In this document: positions 48,364 to 56,240 of the stretch, in pieces
How positions within the stretch are numbered: the stretch's first letter is position 1
Layout of the letters: each line of letters begins with the position of its first letter
DNA from: Acidobacteriota bacterium
GTDB taxonomy: Bacteria > Acidobacteriota > Blastocatellia > RBC074
Assembly: GCA_018269055.1 (NCBI GenBank)
Contig: JAFDVI010000015.1
Span: 618 to 64,617 of the forward strand
Direction: 5' to 3'
DNA: 64,000 nucleotides
Program-made: the position numbers and the translations under genes
The notes under the pieces: generated by a model
The model's database searches: none
The model's input: only the letters and a program-made list of their open reading frames with translations
What the model was told of the DNA's origin: nothing

Positions 48364-49797
48364 TTACCAACGAAATTCTTCAGCTTTACCCAGCGCAGCG
48401 GCCAGATTGATGCGCGCGGAGTTGTACGCGGTCAGCGCGGCGACCTGCGCATTGCGCGCGTTTTCCAGCGCCGTTTGCGCGTTGAGCACTTCGATGTTGT
48501 CGCCGACGCCTGCCGAAAACCGATCGCGAGATTGTTCCAGTTCACGTTCGGCAAGTTTGACTTGCTGTTCGGCCGAAGCCACCTGTTTGGCAGCGGTCGC
48601 CAGCGTCTGCAGCGTGTTGCGCACGTCCTGTTCGACTTGCTCCCGCGTGTCGTTCAACCGCAACTCGCTTTGCGTTTCGCGGCTTTTGGCGGATTTGATC
48701 CGGCCATAGGTCGCGCCACCATTGAATATCGGCACGTTCATGCGCACGCCGACACTGCGCGTGGGCAGCGCCAGTTCGCTCGGCAGCACGCCGCTGCTGC
48801 CGTAATTGGCAAAAAACTCTATGGACGGATACAACTCCGCCTGGGCTGCCTTGCGTTCGTAACTTTGTTGTTTGACTTCCTGTTCGGCGATGGCGATTTC
48901 CACGCGATCCTGCGCGGCGGTTTGCAGCGCGACTTCCACAACCGGCGGAGCCTGCGCACGATAGCGTAGCGCGTCCGTCAGAACTGGGCGACTGTTGAGC
49001 GGCAGTCCCGCGATGCGCAGCAAATTCAGAATCGCCGTTTGCGCATTGGTTTGCGCTTCGGCCAAACGAACTTCCTGATCGGCCTGGCGTGTTTCGGCTC
49101 GCGTCACGTCCACGCCGGTGGCGATGCCTGCGGTTTTCTGGTTGTTGGCCAGTGTGAACAGGCTTTTGGCCAAATCCAGATTCGCTTGCGCGGTTTCAAC
49201 GTCGCGCTGAGAGCGTAGGGCATTTAAGTAAGCCAGTGAAGCAAGAGACGCCACCTGTTGGCGCGCCAGTTTTTCCTGCAAATTGGTAAGCTCTGTATTC
49301 GCTTTGGCCGCTTGAAAATTGCGAATGGAACTCAGGTTGAACAGCGATTGCGCGAATTGAAATCGCGCGTCAAAGGAACTGAATGGCCCGATGAATGTTG
49401 TCGGCACCGGAAAGATTTTGGGCGTCAACCCCTGCGCAGCCAGGTTGACGGTGTTGTTGGATTGCGAAACCGTTCCCGCAACATTCGGCAGCAAAAATGC
49501 CAGCGCCTGCATTTTTTGGCCGAGCGATTCGTTGCGTCGTTCGCGGGCGAGTTTTGTATTCAAATTGTTATCAATTGCGAATTGAATGGCTTGTTGCAGA
49601 CTCAAAGCCGTGGCGTCACTCGTCTGGCCCGTATTGCCTGAATGATTGGCCACGGCCTGAGCCTGATTGTTGAGCGGTGTCGAAACATCCACAGCGGCAC
49701 TCTGCGCCTTTGCTTTCACTCCTTGCAGCGTCAGTGTTACCGCAACCACCAGCCCAACAATAAACTTCACCCCAGCAGTTTGTTTTCGATCCCACAT
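48364..49797 (-). CDS. TolC-like outer membrane efflux protein (OEP family)
   Basis: The start MWDRKQTAGVKFIVGLVVAVTLTLQGVKAKAQ is a signal peptide preceded by AAGGAGGGGGG. Two OEP repeats are present (QQAIQFAIDNNLN...; LRIAGLPLNSRPVLTD...). The ORF track extends the frame to 50184 without a stop. Confidence 0.8.
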   Translation of the reverse strand: MWDRKQTAGVKFIVGLVVAVTLTLQGVKAKAQSAAVDVSTPLNNQAQAVANHSGNTGQTSDATALSLQQAIQFAIDNNLNTKLARERRNESLGQKMQALAFLLPNVAGTVSQSNNTVNLAAQGLTPKIFPVPTTFIGPFSSFDARFQFAQSLFNLSSIRNFQAAKANTELTNLQEKLARQQVASLASLAYLNALRSQRDVETAQANLDLAKSLFTLANNQKTAGIATGVDVTRAETRQADQEVRLAEAQTNAQTAILNLLRIAGLPLNSRPVLTDALRYRAQAPPVVEVALQTAAQDRVEIAIAEQEVKQQSYERKAAQAELYPSIEFFANYGSSGVLPSELALPTRSVGVRMNVPIFNGGATYGRIKSAKSRETQSELRLNDTREQVEQDVRNTLQTLATAAKQVASAEQQVKLAERELEQSRDRFSAGVGDNIEVLNAQTALENARNAQVAALTAYNSARINLAAALGKAEEFRW

Positions 49798-50139
49798 TAT
49801 CCCCCCTCCTTCTTTGCTTGTTCGTTCTTTTCTTTGTGGGTCTGTTTGGTGTGACGCCCGATGCGCGGCAGTGCAGGCAATTTCTCTTATGACTTCTTTG
49901 GTCATAATGTTGGTTGCTGTTGGCGTCACTCCCGCCCCGATCATCTCCGCCAACAACTGCCTGCCTGCCGCGTCAATAAACGTCACCTCGGTCAAATCCA
50001 TGCGGATCACGCTTGAGTGCGTAGCACCTTCAACCTCATCCCAGCATCGCTTCATTTCACCTACCCACTCACCCGCCAGACATCCTTCCACTTTCAATGT
50101 CGTCGCTTCGCCGTCTGATTGTTGCGTGATCCGCATCAT
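49798..50139 (-). CDS. STAS-domain (anti-sigma-factor-antagonist-like) ORF. It has no stop codon of its own and continues in-frame into the tolC-like gene.
   Basis: MMRITQQSDGEATTLKVEGCLAGEWVGEMKRCWDEV..HSSVIRMDLTEVTFIDAAGRQLLAEMIGAGV matches the STAS pattern (LxGxL...VxxDLxxVxFIDSxG). A GAGGAGAAGG RBS lies upstream of ATGATG. The gene is immediately downstream of the sigma-54 promoter. Confidence 0.4.
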
Positions 50140-50167
50140 TTGCCGCCTTCTCCTCGACCAGACAAAT

Positions 50168-50184
50168 GGCAACGTTGGTGCCAA
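50168..50184 (-). promoter_or_regulatory. Sigma-54 (-24/-12) promoter driving the STAS-tolC-emrA-emrB operon
   Basis: The minus-strand sequence TGGCAC-CAACG-TTGC is a perfect match to the TGGCAC-N5-TTGCW consensus. It lies ~15-20 nt upstream of the STAS ORF RBS. Confidence 0.7.
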
Positions 50185-50255
50185 AGCATACGCAACAAAA
50201 GCGGGGAATTAAGCTGCTGAACCAGCTTGAGTTATAAGGATTGCGTTGATCTGGA

Positions 50256-50332
50256 AATGTCGAAGTGTCGAATTAAGAGTCGTGATTTCGACACTATTCG
50301 ACACTTGGCTGAAGTTAGATGTCGAAATGTCG
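50256..50332. promoter_or_regulatory. Array of TGTCGAA / TTCGACA direct and inverted repeats, a candidate upstream activator sequence for the adjacent sigma-54 enhancer-binding protein
   Basis: aTGTCGAAgTGTCGAAttaagagtcgtgatTTCGACACtaTTCGACACttggctgaagttagaTGTCGAAaTGTCGtc. It is centred ~100 bp upstream of the -12 element. Confidence 0.55.
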
Positions 50333-52474
50333 TCAGGAACCGTTTGTTTGGGAGCGGTTGATTCCGAGCTTGTTCATTTTGGAAATCAGCGTGGTGCGTT
50401 TCAGTCCCAACCGAGCCGCTGCGCCATTTGCGCCGCCAACGATCCCGTTGGTTTCGCGCAACGCCTGCAAAATGGCGTTGCGTTCACTATCCGCCAGCGT
50501 AACCGTTGCCGGCTTGGCGAGGGAGTTGAGGGTTGCAACGGAAGGCGCTGTGCTAATGGGGTTGGCATCTTCAGGTAGCGCAGGACCACCAGGCGGAATT
50601 TCCAACTCTGCTCCGCGCGACAAAATGACTGCGCGCTCGATGAAATTTTCCAGTTCGCGCACGTTGCCCGGCCAGGGATATTGTTCCAGCCGCGCGATGG
50701 CATCGGCAGGAATGGTTTCGATCTTTTTGCGAAAGCGGCGCGCGAACTTTTGGGCGAAAAACGCGACCAACAATGGAATGTCGCCACTCCGCTCGCGCAG
50801 CGGCGGCAAATGAATCGGAAAGACATTCAAGCGATAAAACAAATCGCTGCGAAATTGCCGCTCGGCGACCAGTTGCTCCAAATTGGCATTGGTGGCGGCA
50901 ATCAATCGCACGTCCACTTTTTGCGTGCGCGTGCTGCCCAGGCGTTCAAATTCGCCTTCCTGTAAAACGCGAAGCAGTTTGGCCTGCAACTCCAACGGAA
51001 TGTCGCCGACTTCATCCAGAAACAGCGTGCCTTTGTGCGCCAATTCAAACCGGCCAATGCGTTGCGAAATCGCGCCGGTGAATGCGCCGCGTTCGTGTCC
51101 GAACAATTCGCTTTCCAGCAAGCCGGTCGGAATCGCTGCGCAATTCATTTTAACCAGCGTGCGTTCGCGGCGGTCGCTCAAACTGTGAATGGCGCGCGCA
51201 ATCAATTCTTTGCCGGTGCCGGTTTCGCCCAAAATCAACACCGTCGAATCGGTCGGCGCAACGATCTCGACTTGTTTGAACACATTCGCCAGCGAAGGGC
51301 TTTGGCCGATGATTTCGGCGAAGTTGTACTGGCTTTGGATTTCTTCTTCCAGGTAGACCTTTTCGCTGGTCAGCTTGTTTTTCAGGGCCTCGATCTGGTT
51401 GAACGCCAGCGCGTTTTCAACGGCGATGGCGACCTGACGCGAAATCTGGCTGAACAGGTCGGCATCCGCTTGGCTAAATGCGTTGTCTTGCAAACTGCTG
51501 ACAGCCAGAATTCCCAGCACGTGGTCATGAGAAATCAGCGGCGCGATGCAGCTTGATTGAATTCCCTGGGCCGCGATGCGCGCGGTGAATTCCGAATGGA
51601 ACTGGCTGCGATCTTTTTGATTGATGATAATGGTTTCGCGCCGATTGACAGCTTGTTCACCGGCGGTTTCCGAAAGCGGAACGACTTCGTTTTCTTCCAG
51701 ATAATCCCAGTTGCGCGACGAATCCAGCGCGTGAACGCGCAGGCTTTTGGTCTCTTCTTCGTACAAAGCAAGGATAGCAAAGTCGTGATGCAACACTTGG
51801 CGCAAGCGCGTGGAGACGGTTTGCAACAGTTTTTTGAGGTCGAGAATCGTGACGACGGCGTTGTTGACTTCCAACAGCAATTGCGAGCGGTCGCGTTCTG
51901 AAGCCAACGCCTGTTGCGCAGTTCGCGCCTGCTCGAAGTTCAGCGCATTGTCTACGGCAATGGCGACCTGGCGCGTGACTTTTTCCAGAAAGGTGACATC
52001 GCATTCGTTGTAAGCGGATTCGTCCAAACTGCCGAATCCCAATACTCCCAAACTTCGCCCAACAGAATTCATCGGCAGCATGCAAAACGATTTGATTCCG
52101 CTTTGTTGCAACCGTTCCAGAACCTGCGGGTACGCCGAAAGTTGATCGGTGTGAGTGACAAGCAGCGGTTTTTGCGACAGCCAGACCTGTCCGGCTGGGC
52201 TTTCGTGCAAGCCGAGTTCCAGGGACTCTTTTTTGGGAAGCGCGACGCTGGATTGCAGCGAATGCAACCGCATGGTGTTCCGGTCGGCATCGTACAGCAC
52301 CACGCTGATCAGGTCGCATTGCACGACCTGATTGATTTGTTGCGACAGGGCTTGTAGCAACGAAGGCAAATCGCGATGCGCGGTGATAGCTTCCGACACC
52401 GCCAGCAGCGCGCGGTAGCGGCGCAACTGGTAATCAGAAGATGGCGTTGGCGCGGAAGCACTCATGGAAAGCAT
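50333..52474 (-). CDS. Sigma-54-dependent transcriptional activator, FhlA-like (GAF-GAF-AAA+-HTH)
   Basis: There are two GAF-like regions. The AAA+ Walker A is LILGETGTGKE and the sigma-54 contact loop is ESELFGHERGAFTGA. A C-terminal Fis-type HTH is present. The ATG sits 2 nt after the degT-like stop. The ORF track extends the frame to 52573. Confidence 0.85.
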   Translation of the reverse strand: MLSMSASAPTPSSDYQLRRYRALLAVSEAITAHRDLPSLLQALSQQINQVVQCDLISVVLYDADRNTMRLHSLQSSVALPKKESLELGLHESPAGQVWLSQKPLLVTHTDQLSAYPQVLERLQQSGIKSFCMLPMNSVGRSLGVLGFGSLDESAYNECDVTFLEKVTRQVAIAVDNALNFEQARTAQQALASERDRSQLLLEVNNAVVTILDLKKLLQTVSTRLRQVLHHDFAILALYEEETKSLRVHALDSSRNWDYLEENEVVPLSETAGEQAVNRRETIIINQKDRSQFHSEFTARIAAQGIQSSCIAPLISHDHVLGILAVSSLQDNAFSQADADLFSQISRQVAIAVENALAFNQIEALKNKLTSEKVYLEEEIQSQYNFAEIIGQSPSLANVFKQVEIVAPTDSTVLILGETGTGKELIARAIHSLSDRRERTLVKMNCAAIPTGLLESELFGHERGAFTGAISQRIGRFELAHKGTLFLDEVGDIPLELQAKLLRVLQEGEFERLGSTRTQKVDVRLIAATNANLEQLVAERQFRSDLFYRLNVFPIHLPPLRERSGDIPLLVAFFAQKFARRFRKKIETIPADAIARLEQYPWPGNVRELENFIERAVILSRGAELEIPPGGPALPEDANPISTAPSVATLNSLAKPATVTLADSERNAILQALRETNGIVGGANGAAARLGLKRTTLISKMNKLGINRSQTNGS

Positions 52475-52475
52475 T

Positions 52476-53789
52476 TTAATAAGGCGGCGTTGATTCCAGC
52501 AACGCGCGCTGGGCGCGCGACATTCCTTGAATCCGGATGCGCTCGTCTTCGTACCCGACCAACTCCGCCACATTGGTTTTGATTTTCCAGATGGCGGTCA
52601 ACACATCATCTACGTCTTCATCGGTTCCCAGAAAAATCTGGTGCGGCAACCAGACGGATTCTTCGTAGCCCGCGCGCACGGCAACGGGGCAATCAAATTC
52701 GCGCTTGCTCTGTGCCCACGAAGGGAACTTTTCCGCCGCAAATTCAAACAGCGACGATTTGTACACCGCTTCATAAAACCGCCCATCGCAATGGACGCCT
52801 TCGGCATTGAGCGCGGCGACAAACGCGTTGCGGTGAATGCCGCCAAAAGCTTTCGGGTGAAATTTGAACACGTAATGATAACTGGCTTGGCGTGTGATGC
52901 GCGGATCGCGCGGCAGCAAACTGATGCCTTCGATCTGGCGCAAGCCTTCTTCCAGAAGTTGGGTTTGCCGTTCCCGTTGCAGCGTTTGCGCTTCCAACCG
53001 TTCAAGCTGCGCCAGCAAAATGGCCGCCTGGAATTCCGTCAGGCGGTAGTTGTGGCCGAGCGCCGGTTCGCCTTTGGATTCGCGGCGCGGCGGTCGCCCG
53101 CAATTGGCCAGGCGAATGACCTGATCGGCCAGGTTGATGTCGCTGGTGATGACCGCGCCGCCTTCGCCAGCGGTCATCAGCTTCGAGGTTTGGAAGGAAA
53201 AACTTCCGGCGTGACCGATGGAACCGGCACCCTTGTCTTCTTTATTGAAGCCGCGCCATTGGCCGCCGTGCGCGTGCGCGCAATCTTCCAGCACGAACAA
53301 ATTGTGTTTTGTCGCAATCTCCAAAATTGCATCCATATCCGCGAAGCGAAATCCCAAATGCACGGGAATGACGGCACGCGTGCGTTCGGTGATGGCGGCT
53401 TCAATCAAATTCACGTCCAGGCAGTAACTATTCGGATCAACGTCCACGAACACGGGCGCGGCTCCGGCAAACAGTACCGCCGCCGCAGTGCCTTCCCAGG
53501 TGTAGGCCGGAACGATGACTTCATCGCCTGCGCCAATGCCTGCGGCTTGCAGCGCCAGTTCCAGTGAAACGGTTCCGTTGGTGACGGCGATGCCATATTT
53601 CGCGCCGTGCGCTTCGGCGAAGCGTTTGCCGAATTCGCGCGCGTAATCGTTGGGGCAGGGATATCCGCCCCAGTTGCGACTTTCCAAAACGGTTTCGAGC
53701 GCCCGAGCTTCGCGCTGGTCATAAATCGGCCAGGCGGTGAACGGAGTTGTGCGGACGGGCGAGCCTCCGCGTAAAGCAAGTTGAGCCAT
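52476..53789 (-). CDS. DegT/DnrJ/EryC1/StrS-family PLP-dependent sugar aminotransferase
   Basis: PLP-lysine region GSFSFQTSKLMTAGEGG. AYTWEGTAAAV and the overall 437-aa architecture are typical of DegT. Confidence 0.8.
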   Translation of the reverse strand: MAQLALRGGSPVRTTPFTAWPIYDQREARALETVLESRNWGGYPCPNDYAREFGKRFAEAHGAKYGIAVTNGTVSLELALQAAGIGAGDEVIVPAYTWEGTAAAVLFAGAAPVFVDVDPNSYCLDVNLIEAAITERTRAVIPVHLGFRFADMDAILEIATKHNLFVLEDCAHAHGGQWRGFNKEDKGAGSIGHAGSFSFQTSKLMTAGEGGAVITSDINLADQVIRLANCGRPPRRESKGEPALGHNYRLTEFQAAILLAQLERLEAQTLQRERQTQLLEEGLRQIEGISLLPRDPRITRQASYHYVFKFHPKAFGGIHRNAFVAALNAEGVHCDGRFYEAVYKSSLFEFAAEKFPSWAQSKREFDCPVAVRAGYEESVWLPHQIFLGTDEDVDDVLTAIWKIKTNVAELVGYEDERIRIQGMSRAQRALLESTPPY

Positions 53790-53860
53790 AGGTTTCAGTA
53801 GCGCAGTTTTCCAACCTGCGCGGGAATTGTTTATACGTTGTTTGTTGCAACAAAAGACTT

Positions 53861-54748
53861 TTACAGGATCATCGGTTTGGGATTTTTCGGGTCGCTGTAA
53901 TCGTAAAAACCGCGACCGGATTTGCGGCCATACAAACCCGCCTGCACCATTCGTTTCAGCAGCGGCGGCGGCGCGAAACGGCGTTCTTTGAACTCTTCAA
54001 ACATGATGTTGGCGATGTAATACGTCGTGTCCAGGCCGACAAAATCTGTCAGCGTCAGCGGTCCCATCGGATGGTTGCAGCCGAGCTTCATGCCGTTATC
54101 AATGTCTACGACCGAAGCCAGGCCTTCTTCGTACACGCGAATCGCGTCGAGCATAAACGGAACCAGAAGGCGATTGACGATGAAGCCGGTTTTGTCTCCG
54201 GCTTTGACGACCGTTTTGCCAAAGGATTCCGCCAAGGCGGTGGCTTCGGCATAAACGCCCTCGTCGGTCAGGATGGTTTTGATGACTTCGACCAGCTTCA
54301 TCAGCGGCACAGGATTGAAAAAGTGCATGCCGACAAAGCGGCGCTGCCGTTCCAAACGGGTCGCCGTCATCATTTCAGTGATTGACAGCGACGAAGTGTT
54401 CGAGGCGAAAATCGTCTCGGCTTTGCAGAGTTGGTCGAGTTTGGCGTAGGTCTCGCGCTTGATCTGCAAGTTTTCGATGATGGCTTCGATGATGATGTCG
54501 GCATCGGCCAGTTCTTCGAGTTTGGTTGTGCCTTTCAGCCGAGCGAGCGTGGCTTCTTTTTGGTCTGCAGTAATCGTGCCTTTTTCGGCGAACTTGGCCA
54601 GCGATTTTCCGATGCCATTCAAGCCTTTTTTGACCAATTCGTCGCTGACTTCGACCAACGTGACTTCGTAACCGCTGGCGGCGGCGACTTGCGCGATGCC
54701 CGAACCCATCAAGCCCGCGCCTAACACTCCGACTTTTTTGATTGCCAT
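53861..54748 (-). CDS. hbd: 3-hydroxybutyryl-CoA dehydrogenase (3-hydroxyacyl-CoA dehydrogenase, NAD-binding)
   Basis: GVLGAGLMGSGIA Rossmann motif. HFFNPVPLMKLVEV and NRLLVPFMLDA 3HCDH signatures. An AGGAGACA RBS precedes the start. Confidence 0.9.
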   Translation of the reverse strand: MAIKKVGVLGAGLMGSGIAQVAAASGYEVTLVEVSDELVKKGLNGIGKSLAKFAEKGTITADQKEATLARLKGTTKLEELADADIIIEAIIENLQIKRETYAKLDQLCKAETIFASNTSSLSITEMMTATRLERQRRFVGMHFFNPVPLMKLVEVIKTILTDEGVYAEATALAESFGKTVVKAGDKTGFIVNRLLVPFMLDAIRVYEEGLASVVDIDNGMKLGCNHPMGPLTLTDFVGLDTTYYIANIMFEEFKERRFAPPPLLKRMVQAGLYGRKSGRGFYDYSDPKNPKPMIL

Positions 54749-54778
54749 TGGTGTCTCCTATGAATGTTGAGGGATGAA

Positions 54779-56173
54779 TCATTTTTTGTTTTGACTGTCC
54801 GATCGTTCCTGTAACTGAAAGCCGAATTTCGCGCCTTCGGTTTTCAACCAGTCAATATATGCTTTACGGGTTTTCAGCAAATCCTGGCCCACCGGGTCAA
54901 GTCGTTCAACCAAAGGGGAGGAATCCGGCTGGCTGACAATTTGTTGTTGCCATTTCAACAGCCGAATCATCTCCAGCCGAATGTTCTCGGTTTTTTCGTC
55001 GGGTGCTGTGCTTTTTTCCAAGGCGATTTCCGCAACGGTTAGTTGGGCAACACTCTGCGGCGAGGGTTGCCAATCGGTTTTCGCACCATCCGGCGGAAAA
55101 ACGTTGACCATCGCGTCATCCGCAGCCTCGATGTTTTGCAGCACGACTTTGACTTTGTTGAATCGTTTATCGAGCAGCGGCGAACTGTGTCTGTAAGCCA
55201 ACACAAAACTGGTCAGGACGACCAATCCACATACGGCCAGGATTGCCTTGTCCGTTTGAGCCAAGCGCCGCGTGTTTCTGGCAGAAACATAGGGAATGAG
55301 CAATGCCAAAAGTCCGCCGGTCAGCAAACCTCCGATATGTGCGGCGTTGTCCACATATCGGATGGAAAAACCGAGCAGCAAGTTGATGGCAATCGCGGGC
55401 AACACGCCGGATTTCAGCGCCTGTAAAAATCGCGGCGGCAATTCGCTGTGATATCGAAAACTGAACACAGCGACGACGCCGAACAAACCAAAGATTGCTC
55501 CGGAAGCTCCGGCGCTGGCGCCAATCAGATCGTGTTTCCAGGAATGATTGAGAAAACTGGCGAACGAGCCTCCCGCTGCTGCCAGCAGGTAAATCGCCAG
55601 AAAGCGAGCCGAACCATATAGTTTTTCGACAATCGTGCCGACCGACCAGAACACGTAAGAATTGAGCAGAATGTGAAGCAGTCCAATATGAATGAATGCG
55701 GGCGTGATTAATCGAAACCACTGGCCTTGCAGCAAGAGTTCATTATTTTGCGCGCCAAAGGCAAGCAGCGTAAGGCGGTCAGCGCCGCTCATCAACGTCT
55801 GAAAAAAGTCGCCTCCGGCAACAAAGGTCATTAATAAATAAATCGCCACATTCACTCCGATTAAAATCGGCGCGACGACAATTGGGCGGGAAAACAGATC
55901 GTGCAAAAACAATTGTTCGCCAATTTGCTGCGCAATGGGAGAAGTTGCTCCACAGTATTCACAAGTGGGGGCTTGACTGGAGATTAACTGCCCGCAATTT
56001 GGACAGACAATGTAAGGTCTTGGTTCGGACGGATTGAGTCCTTCGTTATCCACACCGGCTCCTAAAAGTGTTTGTTGGAATGAACGGAGCCGGGATTGTA
56101 GCCGAGCGGTTGCGCGCCTGTCATGATGGCGTTGTTGCGCGTGTAAAAACCAACTGCTAAACTGCGGCTCCAC
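54779..56173 (-). CDS. Rhomboid-family intramembrane serine protease with an N-terminal zinc-ribbon and a C-terminal soluble extension
   Basis: CPNCGQ...CEYCG zinc ribbon. The rhomboid core has GASGAIFGLFG (GxSG) and a downstream catalytic His in AHIGGLLTG. A ~130-aa C-terminal non-membrane tail follows. Confidence 0.7.
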   Translation of the reverse strand: MEPQFSSWFLHAQQRHHDRRATARLQSRLRSFQQTLLGAGVDNEGLNPSEPRPYIVCPNCGQLISSQAPTCEYCGATSPIAQQIGEQLFLHDLFSRPIVVAPILIGVNVAIYLLMTFVAGGDFFQTLMSGADRLTLLAFGAQNNELLLQGQWFRLITPAFIHIGLLHILLNSYVFWSVGTIVEKLYGSARFLAIYLLAAAGGSFASFLNHSWKHDLIGASAGASGAIFGLFGVVAVFSFRYHSELPPRFLQALKSGVLPAIAINLLLGFSIRYVDNAAHIGGLLTGGLLALLIPYVSARNTRRLAQTDKAILAVCGLVVLTSFVLAYRHSSPLLDKRFNKVKVVLQNIEAADDAMVNVFPPDGAKTDWQPSPQSVAQLTVAEIALEKSTAPDEKTENIRLEMIRLLKWQQQIVSQPDSSPLVERLDPVGQDLLKTRKAYIDWLKTEGAKFGFQLQERSDSQNKK

Positions 56174-56240
56174 CTGAACAGAGCATCCAAAAAAGGACTC
56201 AAATTCGATTCATTGATCCGTTTGTTTTTTAGGTAGAGCA

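Noticed and set aside
50185-50255. ORF-track start of the 606-aa STAS-TolC frame at 50184 (MAPTLPFVWSRRRRQ)
   Set aside because: The ATG is part of the TGGCAC -24 element of the sigma-54 promoter, so it lies upstream of the expected TSS and cannot be translated.
52475-52573. N-terminal extension (MWRSWSGTKTSASGFKECRAPSARCWNQRRLIK) of the sigma-54 activator
   Set aside because: It overlaps the 3' end of the degT-like gene in another frame. The ATG 2 nt after the degT stop gives a conventional coupled start.
52527-53567. 346-aa + strand ORF antisense to the DegT aminotransferase
   Set aside because: It is the reverse-strand frame of a strongly supported PLP enzyme gene. It has Arg/Ala-rich composition and no family features.
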